From: an uncultured Candidatus Binatia bacterium
Lineage (GTDB): Bacteria; Desulfobacterota; Binatia; UBA9968; JAJDTQ01
DNA length: 64,000 nt
Direction of reading: 5' to 3'
Assembly: GCA_965215605.1 (NCBI GenBank)
Contig: OZ244070.1
Coordinates: forward strand, 1,152,001-1,216,000
Part shown: piece by piece, positions 42,519 through 52,580 of the stretch
How positions within the stretch are numbered: position 1 is the stretch's first letter
How the letters are laid out: each line of letters begins with the position of its first letter
Notes under the pieces: model-generated
Told to the model about the DNA's origin: nothing
Databases searched by the model: none
The model's input: the letters and a program-made list of their open reading frames with translations, nothing else
Program-made: the position numbers and the translations under genes

Positions 42519-44939
42519 CTACGACCGGCTTCTCCTGGCCTCCTGGATGAGCGACCACAGATAGTTGGGCGTCAGGGGCAGCCGCCGGACGGCGATGCCC
42601 AGGGGCTTGAGCGCGTCCTCCACCGCGTTGGCCAGCACCGCCGGCGGCCCCACGGTGCCGGTCTCCCCCGCGCCCTTGAAGCCGCCGGGGGTGAACGGGT
42701 TGGGGGTCTCGATGTGCTCCAGCACCATCTCGGGTATCTCCATGGCCGTGGGCAGGAAGTAGTCCTTGAAGGTCGCCGCCATGGGCTGGCCTTCCTCCGA
42801 GTAGGGCAGTTCCTCGTAGAGGGCGCCGCCGAAGCCGTGGGCCAGGGCGCCCACGTGTTGCCCCCTGACGATGAGCGGGTTGAGCATGTTGCCGCAGTCG
42901 TGGACCGAGACGAACTTGAGGATCCTGAGCAGGCCCGTATCCGCCTCCACCTCCACCACCGCGGCCTCGGCGTCGTAGGGGAAGCTGCTGAACATGGCCA
43001 CGCGGCCGCGCTCGTCGGCCTCGAACTCGATGTTGGGATCGCGGAAGTGGTACAGCAACTCCAGCCCCGGGTCCATGCCCTCGGGTAGCTGGAACGGATA
43101 GAAGTACGCCACGCGCGCGATCTCCGAGAGGGGTACCGCCTGCTCCGGGTGGCCTTCCACCGACACCTTGCCCTCGGCGTACTCGAGCCCGCCGGGAGGG
43201 TGCCGCAGCATCACCGAGGCGATCTGGGTCAGCTTGTCCCGGAGCGCCCGTGCCGCCAGGGTCACGGCAGTGGTGCCCACCACCGAGAAACGGCTGGAGT
43301 AGGAGCCCGAGCCGTAGGGGCATGCCAGGCTGTCCCCTTCCACCACCATGACGTCGTCGAACGACACCTGCAGCTCGTCGCCCACGAGCTGGGAGATGGA
43401 GGTGGCGTGGCCCTGGCCCTCGTCGCTGCCGCCGGGAAACACGTACACCTTGCCGTTGGGGTCCATGCGCATGCGCACGCTATAGTAGCCGGCGTTGTAG
43501 GAACCCATGCGCGTGGAGCTCGACGGCTCGATGACGAGACAGGTGCCGATGCCAAGGTAGCGCCCCTCGGCCGCGGCCTCCTTTTTCACGTTGCGCCAAT
43601 GGTCCCGGTCCAGCAGCTCCAGCGCCTTGTCCAGCGCCTCTTCGTACCGGCCGCTGTCGTACCGGGGCCCGGTGACGGAGCGGTAGGGGAAGGCGTCCGG
43701 CGGGATGAAGTTGCGCCGCCGCACCTCCACCGGGTCCAGGTCGAGGTTCGCGGCGATCCGGTCCACCATCCGCTCGATGACGAAGCAGGCTTCCGACTTG
43801 CCGAAGCCCCGGTGGGCGCCGTAGGGGGTCTTGTTGGTCACCACCCCCTGGACCTGGCCCTCGTAGTTGGCGATCCGGTAGGCGCCGGGCACGAACATGC
43901 CGGTGGTGACGATGGACGCCAGCCCGCCGGTGGGGTAGGCCGCCCCGATGTTGGCCACAATGCGGTCCTTCACGCCCAGGATGGTGCCGTCCCGGCGCAC
44001 CGCCGCCTCGATGTGATGGGTCTGCTCGCGGGCGTGGATGGTGCCGGTCATGTGCTCGCGCCGGGTCTCCACCCACTTCATGGGCCGATTCACGAGAATG
44101 GACAGCAGCGGCACGAGTATCTCTTCCGGATAGAACGCCCACTTCTGCCCGTAACCGCCGCCGATGCGCCGGAAGTTCACGTGGACCTTCAGGCCCGGGA
44201 GCCCGATGGTGTTCTCGACCAACGTACCGATGGCGTGGCCGATCTGGGTGGTGCTCCACAGGCTCAGCGTCTTGACGCTGGCGTCGTAGTCGGCCACCAC
44301 CGCCCGTGTCTCGATGGGGGTGCCGGTGAAACGGCCGCTGTGGATCTGCTCCTTGACGACGACGTCCGCCTCCCGGAAGGCGGCCTCGACGTCGCCGCCG
44401 GATACCTGGAACGTCAGCATGACGTTGTTGTCCCAGTCCTCGTAGAGGCGTTCGGACCCCGGCTCCAGGGCCGCTACGGAATCCACCACCGGCGGCAGCG
44501 GATCGAGCTCCACCTCTATGAGATCCAGCGCGTCCTCGGCGATGTACCGGTCCGTGGCCACCACCGCGGCCACGGGCTCGCCCACGAACCGCACCTTGTC
44601 GTACGCGAGGCAGTAGTGGTCGAAGAACTTGATGGTGGGGTTGCCGCGCTTGAACGGGTCCCGGCTCTGGAACGGGAACGGCGACAGCGGGTTGACGTAG
44701 CCGAGCTGCCGTACCTGCTCACCGGTCAAGCCAGCCACCACGCCGGGCAGCGCCAGCGCTCGGGACAGGTCCACCTTCCGGATCCGCGCGTGAGCCGCCG
44801 GACTCCGGTACACCGCCACGTGCAGCATGTCCGGCAGGTCGATGTCGAAGGTGTAGTGCGCCTGGCCCCGGAGGATCTCCGGGTCTTCCTTGCGCATGAT
44901 GGGACTGCCTACCAGGGGTTTGCGCGGCGCGGCGCTCAT
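42519..44939 (-). CDS. xanthine dehydrogenase/CoxL-like molybdopterin-binding subunit
   Basis: IGGGYG, AHRGFG, GQGH, GSYSSR, KGAGE. Confidence 0.93.
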   Translation of the reverse strand: MSAAPRKPLVGSPIMRKEDPEILRGQAHYTFDIDLPDMLHVAVYRSPAAHARIRKVDLSRALALPGVVAGLTGEQVRQLGYVNPLSPFPFQSRDPFKRGNPTIKFFDHYCLAYDKVRFVGEPVAAVVATDRYIAEDALDLIEVELDPLPPVVDSVAALEPGSERLYEDWDNNVMLTFQVSGGDVEAAFREADVVVKEQIHSGRFTGTPIETRAVVADYDASVKTLSLWSTTQIGHAIGTLVENTIGLPGLKVHVNFRRIGGGYGQKWAFYPEEILVPLLSILVNRPMKWVETRREHMTGTIHAREQTHHIEAAVRRDGTILGVKDRIVANIGAAYPTGGLASIVTTGMFVPGAYRIANYEGQVQGVVTNKTPYGAHRGFGKSEACFVIERMVDRIAANLDLDPVEVRRRNFIPPDAFPYRSVTGPRYDSGRYEEALDKALELLDRDHWRNVKKEAAAEGRYLGIGTCLVIEPSSSTRMGSYNAGYYSVRMRMDPNGKVYVFPGGSDEGQGHATSISQLVGDELQVSFDDVMVVEGDSLACPYGSGSYSSRFSVVGTTAVTLAARALRDKLTQIASVMLRHPPGGLEYAEGKVSVEGHPEQAVPLSEIARVAYFYPFQLPEGMDPGLELLYHFRDPNIEFEADERGRVAMFSSFPYDAEAAVVEVEADTGLLRILKFVSVHDCGNMLNPLIVRGQHVGALAHGFGGALYEELPYSEEGQPMAATFKDYFLPTAMEIPEMVLEHIETPNPFTPGGFKGAGETGTVGPPAVLANAVEDALKPLGIAVRRLPLTPNYLWSLIQEARRSRS

Positions 44940-45427
44940 GGCGCACCCCCCTTGCTCTTCAGCTTGCCGGCAGCCGACTCCACGGCCTCGATTACCGGCA
45001 CGTAGCCGGTGCAGCGGCACAGGTTCCCGATGATCCCCTCCCTGATCTCGTCGGGAGAAGGGTCAGGGTTCTGCAAAAGCAGTCCATGGGCGGACATCAA
45101 CATGCCGGAGGTGCAGAAGCCGCACTGGAGCGCATGGGCCTCCTGAAAGGCGGCCTGCAAGGGATGCAGCTCGCTCCCGTACGCGAGGCCCTCGACGGTG
45201 GTGATCTCGCGCCCGTGGGCCTGCACCGCCAGAAAGGTGCAGGATTTGGCGCTCTTGCCGTCCATGACGATGGTACACGAGCCGCAGTTGCTGGTGTCGC
45301 ACCCGTAACGCGTGCCCTTGAGGCCCACCACGTCGCGGATATAGTCCACCAGCAGCATGCGCGGAGGCGCCTCGGCCTCGTGCGGCGCGCCGTTGATGGT
45401 GATGCCGATCTTCACTCTATCGGACAT
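44936..45427 (-). CDS. CoxS-like 2x[2Fe-2S] subunit
   Basis: GCDTSNCGSC, QCGFC, NLCRCTGY. Confidence 0.95.
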   Translation of the reverse strand: MSDRVKIGITINGAPHEAEAPPRMLLVDYIRDVVGLKGTRYGCDTSNCGSCTIVMDGKSAKSCTFLAVQAHGREITTVEGLAYGSELHPLQAAFQEAHALQCGFCTSGMLMSAHGLLLQNPDPSPDEIREGIIGNLCRCTGYVPVIEAVESAAGKLKSKGGAP

Positions 45428-46319
45428 GCCCGCCTCTCACGTCTTCACCGCGATGGCGCCGTAGCGCGATATCCACCGCCTTCCGGAACAATGCTCCGCA
45501 GACCGCGCGCTTGTAGTCGCTCGACCCGCGCACGTCGGCCAGAGGGTCTGCCGCCTCCACCACCTGACCGGCGGCGGCGTCCACCACATCCGGCGTGACC
45601 TCCTGACCGGCTAGGGTCCCCTCGGCCGCAAGCACCTTGATGGGCGTGAGCCCCGCCGCCCCCAGAGCCACGCCGGCTTTCGTGCAACTCCCCGCGCCGT
45701 CCAGCTCGAGCTGCACCGCCACGCTGGCCACCGCGAAATCCCCGGCCCGGCGCTCCATCTTGAGATAAGCCCCGGCGCTGCCCGCCGGCGGCGAAGGCAC
45801 CTGGACCTCGGTGATGAGCTCGTCGTCCTCCAGCACCGTCGTGTAAGCGTCGACGAAGAACGACGCCGCATCCACTACCCGGACACCCGCCGGCCCGGTG
45901 CACTCCACCCTCCCTTCCAGGGCCTGCACCACCGGACCCCAGTCCCCGGCCGGGTCCGCCTCGGCCAGCGCGCCGCCGAGGGTCCCCCAACCCCGCACCT
46001 GGGCATCGCCGATGACCCCGGCGGCCTCTGCCATCAAGCCCAGCTTCTCCCGGACGGCGGCGGACGCACCCACCTGCGCATGGGTGGCCAGCGCGCCGAT
46101 GCGCAGGATGCCCGCCGCCTCGTCTTCCCGCACGCCGGAAAGCCCGGGAAGGCGGCCGATGTCGATGACGTGGGCCGGCTGGACCAGACGCAGCTTCAGG
46201 AGCGGCACCAGGCTCTGTCCGCCGGACAGGAGCTTGGCGCCGTCTCCATGACGCTGGAGAAGGTCGATGGCCTGGTCCACGGATTCGGCGACGGTATAAT
46301 CAAAGGCGGCAGGGTACAT
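45417..46319 (-). CDS. CoxM-like FAD-binding subunit
   Basis: SGGQSL, GTLGG, ADPAGD, RRAGDFA. Confidence 0.94.
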   Translation of the reverse strand: MYPAAFDYTVAESVDQAIDLLQRHGDGAKLLSGGQSLVPLLKLRLVQPAHVIDIGRLPGLSGVREDEAAGILRIGALATHAQVGASAAVREKLGLMAEAAGVIGDAQVRGWGTLGGALAEADPAGDWGPVVQALEGRVECTGPAGVRVVDAASFFVDAYTTVLEDDELITEVQVPSPPAGSAGAYLKMERRAGDFAVASVAVQLELDGAGSCTKAGVALGAAGLTPIKVLAAEGTLAGQEVTPDVVDAAAGQVVEAADPLADVRGSSDYKRAVCGALFRKAVDIALRRHRGEDVRGGHVR

Positions 46320-46545
46320 GGCGTGGTTTGTACGAGAACGCGGACAACGCAATCAAGGGTGTCTTCGGAACCCTCAAGCAACGCGAATTCCGCCCGTTGA
46401 TAACGCAAGGCTCGTCGCGAGTCAAATCTTTGGCGGCAGACGAGCGATAGGACTCCGTTTCCATCTCGGCGCCGGCCCCGCTAGAGCGAGCATAGGACGG
46501 GCAGGTGAACCCGGGACTTTCCCCGATTGGCACGACCAACCGAAC

Positions 46546-46776
46546 GTGGAAGAAATTTCCCGACTCAACCCGGATGACCGCGACGGCGCATTGCACTATA
46601 TACGCGGAGCCACGGGCAGACTGCGGATCCGGGGCGAGTCCATACAGGCAAGAGATGCGATGCGCTGGGCTTCCGAGTTCACTTGCTGGCGCTATTGTCG
46701 CGTGAGTGCCGACGATTTCGTTGCAGATTTGGAAGATATCCGTTTACTTGTCAGAGGCGCGATGGAACCCTCGTAA
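46546..46776 (+). CDS. hypothetical small protein (uncertain)
   Basis: GTG start within open frame 46318-46776; ends 14 nt before the next ATG; no recognised motif. Confidence 0.3.
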   Translation: MEEISRLNPDDRDGALHYIRGATGRLRIRGESIQARDAMRWASEFTCWRYCRVSADDFVADLEDIRLLVRGAMEPS

Positions 46777-46790
46777 ACGACCCCACACGC

Positions 46791-47435
46791 ATGATCGACA
46801 TCGGTTCACTCTCCATCACGAGTATGCAATGGTATGCGGGCCGCCTATGGCTCGCATCCGCCGGCAATTCTACGGTGGTCGCCTACGATCCCGTTCAGGA
46901 ATCCTGCGACGAGGTTCTTTCACTACCGGGGGTCCGCCACGTGTGCCCGTCCAGCGAAGGCATATGGCTCATCACCGGCGGTGGCCGGCTTGGGCAGCAA
47001 CTGCTGCTCTGGTCTCCCGAAACGACTCAGATAATGCGCCGTTTCGACTGCCCGGACGGCGCCGCATCCGGCGTCACGGTGGTAAACGGCAAGCTGTGGC
47101 TGACCCACCGGCGCAACCGCAAGCTCTTCTGCATCCACCCCGAGAGCGGACGGAACCTTTGGACCATCCGTATGGACCACCAAGTCCTCAGCCCTACTTC
47201 GTACGGCGACGAACTCTGGTGCGTCGAATGCGACCCCGGACCCCTCGGCGACTGGAGCGATGAGCGCCATGAGGTTTACGCGTTTCTCCGCTACGACCCC
47301 GTGCGCGAACTAGTCGTGGAGCGCATCCCGGTCCCTTTTCGACCTGCGTGTCTGGCGTTGAACAGCGGAACCTTCTGGTATGCCCTGGCTCACGAAACCG
47401 GGGTTCGCTACCAGAGCAGGCCGGCACCGAGGTAG
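46791..47435 (+). CDS. beta-propeller-like hypothetical protein (glutaminyl-cyclase/YncE-like repeats)
   Basis: Recurrent G-x-LW / YDP units about 40 aa apart (GRLW, GIW, GKLW, DELW, GTFW). Confidence 0.65.
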   Translation: MIDIGSLSITSMQWYAGRLWLASAGNSTVVAYDPVQESCDEVLSLPGVRHVCPSSEGIWLITGGGRLGQQLLLWSPETTQIMRRFDCPDGAASGVTVVNGKLWLTHRRNRKLFCIHPESGRNLWTIRMDHQVLSPTSYGDELWCVECDPGPLGDWSDERHEVYAFLRYDPVRELVVERIPVPFRPACLALNSGTFWYALAHETGVRYQSRPAPR

Positions 47436-47495
47436 TCAGCTTGGTGCCGGAGCGGAATGAGTCCAGGGTCTGGACCAGGGTCGGCCGGTCCTTGT

Positions 47496-48413
47496 TCAGT
47501 GCCGCCTGACGCGCGGGTCCAGGGCGTCGCGCAGGCCGTCCCCCATGTAGTTCACGCTCAATACGGTGAGGGAAATGGCCAAGCCTGGCCAGAGCGCGCG
47601 AGCGGGAGCGATCTCGAGGAACGGGACTCCGTCGAAGAGCAGGCGGCCCCAGGTGGGGAAGTCGGAGGGGAAGCCCAGGCCCAGGAAACTCAGGGCGCTC
47701 TCGGTGATGATGGCGTTGGCCATGCCCAGGGTGGCGGCGACGGTGATGGGGCTCACGGCGTTGGGCAGGACGTGGCGCAGGATGATGTAGCGAGGGGCCG
47801 CGCCGACGCCGCGGGCAGCGATGACGAACTCCCGCTCCTTGACGGCCAGCACCTCGCCGCGCACCAACCGGGCGGTCTGCATCCAGCTCGTCAGGCCGAT
47901 GACCGCCACGATCAGGATGAAGATGCCGGCCTCGGGTCCCAGGACGGCGCGCAGTGGATCCCGGAACAGCATGATGCCCACCAGCAAAAGCGGCAGCACC
48001 GGCAGCGCCAGGAAGAGGTCGGTAAAGCGCATGAGCGCACCGTCGAGCCTGCGGAAGAACCCGGCCATGACGCCCACGAAGGTGCCGAGGGTCAGGGACA
48101 GGACCATGGCGGCGACGCCGACGGCCAGCGAGATTTGCCCGCCCGCCAACACCCGCGCCAGCGTGTCGCGCCCGAGGTTGTCGGTGCCCATGGGATGCGC
48201 CAGCGAGATGCCCTGGTTCCGGGACAGGTAGTCGAGGTACTGGGGATCGACGCCGTAGAACGCGGCGCCGAGCAATACCCCCAGCGCCGTCAACGCGAAC
48301 ACGGCGGCGCCGCCCACCGCGCCCTTGTGGCGCCGGAACTGCTGCCACACGCCCGGGGCGGGAGGGCGATGCCGCGGCCCTTGGGCCGGGAGATCCGCGG
48401 ATGCGTCAATCAT
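47496..48413 (-). CDS. peptide/nickel ABC transporter permease (OppC/DppC-like)
   Basis: HPMGTDNLGRD, EFVIAARGVG, ESALSFLGLG. Confidence 0.94.
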   Translation of the reverse strand: MIDASADLPAQGPRHRPPAPGVWQQFRRHKGAVGGAAVFALTALGVLLGAAFYGVDPQYLDYLSRNQGISLAHPMGTDNLGRDTLARVLAGGQISLAVGVAAMVLSLTLGTFVGVMAGFFRRLDGALMRFTDLFLALPVLPLLLVGIMLFRDPLRAVLGPEAGIFILIVAVIGLTSWMQTARLVRGEVLAVKEREFVIAARGVGAAPRYIILRHVLPNAVSPITVAATLGMANAIITESALSFLGLGFPSDFPTWGRLLFDGVPFLEIAPARALWPGLAISLTVLSVNYMGDGLRDALDPRVRRH

Positions 48414-49419
48414 AGCGAATCCTCGGATCCAGCACGCCGTAGACGACATCCGCGACCAGATTGAACGCCACGATCAACACCGCGAAGATGAAGGTCACGG
48501 TCTGGACCGTGGGGATGTCGCCGCCCTCGATGGCGCCGATGAGCAACTGGCCGACGCCGTTGATGCGGAAGATCTGCTCGGTAATGATGGCGCCGGCGAA
48601 GGTCGTCGGCAGCCCCAGGGCGATGACCGTCACCACCGGGATCAGGCTGTTGCGCAGCACGTGGACCAGAATGACGCTGCGCTCGGCCATCCCCTTGGCG
48701 CGGGCCGTGCGCACGTAGTCCTGGTTCAGGTTCTCCAGCACCGCGGAGCGGGTGAAGCGGCTGAGCTGCGCCGCGTTGAAGAGCCCCAGCACCATCACCG
48801 GCATGGCCATCTGGCGGATCTGGACGAGTAGGCTCTCCAGATCCGTCACCCGGTGGGTGGTGTCATAGATGGAAGGGAACCAGTCGAGGCCCACGCTGAA
48901 GACCACGATGAGGACCGTTCCGGTGAAGAAAGTCGGCACCGAGAACCCCACCATGGTGACGAAGGTGCCCACCTGGTCGAAGACCGAATACTGCCGGCAT
49001 GCGGAGAGGACGCCCACCGGCACCGCGATGAGGATGGCGACGATGTAGGAGATGCCGACGACGGTCAGGGTCTGCGGCAGCCGGGACGCGATCAGGTCCA
49101 CCACCGGGGCGCGCGTGGCCCAGGAGCGCACCCGCAGGCGGCCGGCGGAGTCGCCGATCTCGATGCCCCACATCCGCTCCAGCAGGTTGAGGGGCTCGTT
49201 CACCAGGAACTGGTCGAGCCACTTGAGGTAGCGGATGTGGAACGGCTGCCCGAGACCCAGGCTCTCCCGGATGGCCTGCCGGGTCTCGGGCGGGATGGTC
49301 AGCGGAAGCTGGGCCGTGGGGTCACTGGGGGCGAGGTCCAGCAGCGCGAAAACGATGAAGCTGATGACCAGGAGCGTCGGGACCGCGAAGAGCAGGCGTC
49401 TGGCCACATAACGTGACAT
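48406..49419 (-). CDS. peptide/nickel ABC transporter permease (OppB/DppB-like)
   Basis: DYVRTARAKG, HVLRNSLIP, LDPRIRY. Confidence 0.95.
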   Translation of the reverse strand: MSRYVARRLLFAVPTLLVISFIVFALLDLAPSDPTAQLPLTIPPETRQAIRESLGLGQPFHIRYLKWLDQFLVNEPLNLLERMWGIEIGDSAGRLRVRSWATRAPVVDLIASRLPQTLTVVGISYIVAILIAVPVGVLSACRQYSVFDQVGTFVTMVGFSVPTFFTGTVLIVVFSVGLDWFPSIYDTTHRVTDLESLLVQIRQMAMPVMVLGLFNAAQLSRFTRSAVLENLNQDYVRTARAKGMAERSVILVHVLRNSLIPVVTVIALGLPTTFAGAIITEQIFRINGVGQLLIGAIEGGDIPTVQTVTFIFAVLIVAFNLVADVVYGVLDPRIRYD

Positions 49420-49438
49420 GGGCGCTCACGCGTGGGCC

Positions 49439-51157
49439 CTACTTCCGCCGGTGCCACTCGTGGATGTTCCACTGCAAGGCGTCCCAGGCGTTGATCCGGA
49501 CCCCGCCCAGGGACAGCGCGTGGGCGCCCACCTCGCCGCGGTGGACCAGCGGGATCAACGCGCCGTAGTCGATCAGCATGTCGTTCAGGCGCTTGGCGAT
49601 GGACGCGCGCTTCCCGATGCCCGCGGTCTTGGCCAACTGCGCCGCGAGCTTCTCATATTCCGCATCGCAGTAGCGCGGCATGTTGTTGCCGATCCACTGG
49701 TTGCCGGGGGCGGGAATTTCCTTGCACAGCCAGCTTTGCATGTAGGCCTGGGGATCGGTGCCGTTGAACTGGTTGGCGTACATCTGGATGTCCGCGTAAA
49801 ATTTCTGGTAGGTGTCCGGGCTCGCCGGGTCGCTGCCGAAGAACACCGAAGCGCTGATGTTCTTGAGCTCGGTCTCGACGCCGATCTGCCGCCACATCTG
49901 CTTGATCAGCGCCTGGGTTCCCTGGCGTACGGAGTTGGTGGAGGTCTGGTAGAGGATCGAAAGGCGCACTCCGTCCTTGGCGCGGATGCCGTCGGGGCCG
50001 CGCGCCCAGCCGGCGTCGTCCAGCAGCTTGTTGGCGGCGGCCACGTCCGGGGTCTTGCACCAGTCGTGGGCCGTGGAGGCGTACACCGGCGGGGCCGGCA
50101 GAATATTGCAGGTCACGCGGCCGGCTTGGCCGTAACCCGCCTCCACCAGGATGTTCCGGTCGATGGCCAGGGAAAGCGCGCGCCGCACCGCAGGGTCCGA
50201 GAGGAAGGGGTGGGGGTTCTTGCCGTCCTGGTAGGTGGCCCGCTTGTCGCCCAGCGCGGGATCGGGATTGGTGAGCTGCACGATGAGCCGCTCCACCAGG
50301 CTGCCGAAGGCCGACACCACCTTGCCCTTGCCGGCCTTTTCCATGGCGGCGAGGATCTCGGGCTCCACCTGGAGGTTCCAGGCGTAGTCGAACTCGCCGG
50401 TTTCCAGCACCGCCCGGGCCGCCGACACGGCGTCGCCGCCGCCCTTTACCAGGACCGAGGAGAAGGCCGGCTGGTCCGGGTTGCGGTAGCGCTCGTTCAT
50501 CTCGTAGCGCACCACGTCGTTGGGCCGGAACTCCGCCACCTTGAAGGCGCCGGTGCCGATGGGGCCGAAATTCTGCTCGGTGCACTCGGGCGCCTTGGCT
50601 CCCAGGCAACCCTCGAACTGCTTCTTCTGGATCACCGGGCAGGTGGAGCCGACGAACGGCCCGTAGGGGAACGGCATCGGGACCTTGAAGGAGATCCGTA
50701 CGGTGTGGTCGTCCACCGCCTCCACCGCGGCCACGTTCTCGAACCGTGGCGCGGCGTTGCAGCCCCCGTCCGGGTGCATGCAGTACGCGGCCGTGAAGGC
50801 GACGTCGGCAGCGGTGAACGGCGTACCGTCGGACCAGGTCACGCCCTTCCGGAGCTTCCAGGTGACGGACTTGAGGTCGGCCGCGACCCCGCCGTTCTCC
50901 ACGGTGGGGATCTCCGCCGCCAGCGCCGGGACCATGTCGGCGTTGTCGTCGTAGCGCGCCAGCGGCTCGATGACGAACGCCGCGGCGTGGATGTCCTTGC
51001 TTCCCCCGGAGAGGAACGGGTTCAGGACCGACGGCGCCTGCCAGTAGAGCATCCTGAGCTCGCCGTCGGTTCCGCGTTGCGCGGCCGCCGCGGTGGCCAA
51101 TGCCAGCAACGCCGCCGCCGTCACCATGAGCATTCGCAGCTTCGACATCACGCGCAC
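49439..51157 (-). CDS. peptide ABC transporter substrate-binding protein (family 5)
   Basis: Signal peptide, WSDGTPFTAADV, GTGAF, VRRALSLAIDR. Confidence 0.94.
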   Translation of the reverse strand: MRVMSKLRMLMVTAAALLALATAAAAQRGTDGELRMLYWQAPSVLNPFLSGGSKDIHAAAFVIEPLARYDDNADMVPALAAEIPTVENGGVAADLKSVTWKLRKGVTWSDGTPFTAADVAFTAAYCMHPDGGCNAAPRFENVAAVEAVDDHTVRISFKVPMPFPYGPFVGSTCPVIQKKQFEGCLGAKAPECTEQNFGPIGTGAFKVAEFRPNDVVRYEMNERYRNPDQPAFSSVLVKGGGDAVSAARAVLETGEFDYAWNLQVEPEILAAMEKAGKGKVVSAFGSLVERLIVQLTNPDPALGDKRATYQDGKNPHPFLSDPAVRRALSLAIDRNILVEAGYGQAGRVTCNILPAPPVYASTAHDWCKTPDVAAANKLLDDAGWARGPDGIRAKDGVRLSILYQTSTNSVRQGTQALIKQMWRQIGVETELKNISASVFFGSDPASPDTYQKFYADIQMYANQFNGTDPQAYMQSWLCKEIPAPGNQWIGNNMPRYCDAEYEKLAAQLAKTAGIGKRASIAKRLNDMLIDYGALIPLVHRGEVGAHALSLGGVRINAWDALQWNIHEWHRRK

Positions 51158-51182
51158 CTCCTCCCTGGAACGTACAGGCTGT

Positions 51183-51226
51183 CTAGTGTCTTGTCTGGTT
51201 AATCAATTAACCGGACAGGACACTAG
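51183..51226. mobile_element. 44-bp CTAG-bounded palindrome (MITE-like/IS-end pair)
   Basis: 21-bp arms CTAGTGTC(T/C)TGTC(T/C)GGTTAAT, 2-nt centre. Confidence 0.55.
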
Positions 51227-51379
51227 CGCCAACGCACTATGGATACCAGACAAGAAGGCGCCCGGCGACAGGGGACCGGGGCCGCCCGCCCGCCGCACAG
51301 GCACGTCCGGCTTGCCCGGAGGTAGGTTCCGGGTTAGTATCTACGCCATTCAAGGACCTTTGAACGAGAGGAAGAAGCC

Positions 51380-52492
51380 ATGTCCCAACAACGCATTATC
51401 GACGCCGACGGGCACGTGATGGAGCTCGACGACGAGCTTCGCGACTACATCGGCGGGCCCTACGCCGGACTGGAATGGCATCGGTCCTACGGTTTCTGGC
51501 CGGGGCTCACCATGGACGGCTACCTTCGCTCGCTGCGGCAACCGGGCGGCTGGGTGGGCGGCGGCACCGGACCCAACGCCGGGCATTGGCTCGACTTCCT
51601 GGACAAGAACGGCATCGAGCTGACGGTGCTGTACCCGACCCAGGGACTCACCCACGCGGCCATCCGGGACCACGAATGGGCCATCACCATGGCCCGGGCC
51701 TACAACGACTGGCTGCACGACCGCTTCATGCGCGTGAGCCCGCGCCTGGTGGGGGTGGCGCTGTTGCCCATCCAGGACATCGACGAGGCGGTCAAGGAAC
51801 TCCGCCGCAGCGTCGAGGAGCTGGGGATGGTCGGCGCGGTGCTTCCTTCCGCCACCCCGGGAGGGAAGCTCTTCAGCGGACCCGAGTTTCACCCGTTGTG
51901 GGAGGAGGCGCAAAGGCTGGACGTGCCGGTGTCGCCCCACGGCGGCATGAGCTTTCCGGACCTGGGCATCGACGACACCCGGAACTTCATGGTGGCCCAC
52001 ACCCTGGAGCATCCGTTCGCGCAGTTCCGGCAGATCGTGGCGATGATCTGTGAAGGCGTGTTCGAGCTGTTCCCCAGGCTGCGGTTCGGCGTGCTGGAAT
52101 GCGGCGCGGGCTGGGTCCCCTACCTGATGGACCGCCTGGACGAGGAGTACGAACGGAAGGGGCAGTACTCGCCCAACTGCAAGCGCAAGCCCAGCGAGTA
52201 TTTTCGGGAAGGCAACATCTACTTCGCCGCGGAGGTGGAGGAGACGCTGCTGCCCGAGACCGCCCGGCTGGTGCCGGAGCATACCCTTCTCTGGGCCTCG
52301 GACTATCCCCACGAACGGGACCAAAGGGACTTCAGCGAGGACATCCCGCACCTCATGGGCCGCGAGGACATGAGCGACGAGCTGAAGCACAAGATCCTGT
52401 TCGAGAACCCGCTGCGGTTCTACCCGCGGCTGCGGGCGCGGCTGGATGCCACCGCGGTGGCGTCAAGGGAGGCGGCCCGGGCTCAAGCGTAG
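51380..52492 (+). CDS. amidohydrolase_2 family protein
   Basis: IDADGH, LYPT, AYNDW, LECGAGW, WASDYPH. Confidence 0.92.
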   Translation: MSQQRIIDADGHVMELDDELRDYIGGPYAGLEWHRSYGFWPGLTMDGYLRSLRQPGGWVGGGTGPNAGHWLDFLDKNGIELTVLYPTQGLTHAAIRDHEWAITMARAYNDWLHDRFMRVSPRLVGVALLPIQDIDEAVKELRRSVEELGMVGAVLPSATPGGKLFSGPEFHPLWEEAQRLDVPVSPHGGMSFPDLGIDDTRNFMVAHTLEHPFAQFRQIVAMICEGVFELFPRLRFGVLECGAGWVPYLMDRLDEEYERKGQYSPNCKRKPSEYFREGNIYFAAEVEETLLPETARLVPEHTLLWASDYPHERDQRDFSEDIPHLMGREDMSDELKHKILFENPLRFYPRLRARLDATAVASREAARAQA

Positions 52493-52580
52493 GGGATGGG
52501 TTGGATAGTACAGAGCCTGACAGGGCGAGTTGACCGGGAACCTACCGAGACATCTCCAACCGGGAAACGGTCGGAGAGAG

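Noticed and set aside
46686-46701. sigma54 promoter-like CTGGCGC-N5-TCGC
   Set aside because: Two mismatches including in the -12 element; not distinguishable from chance
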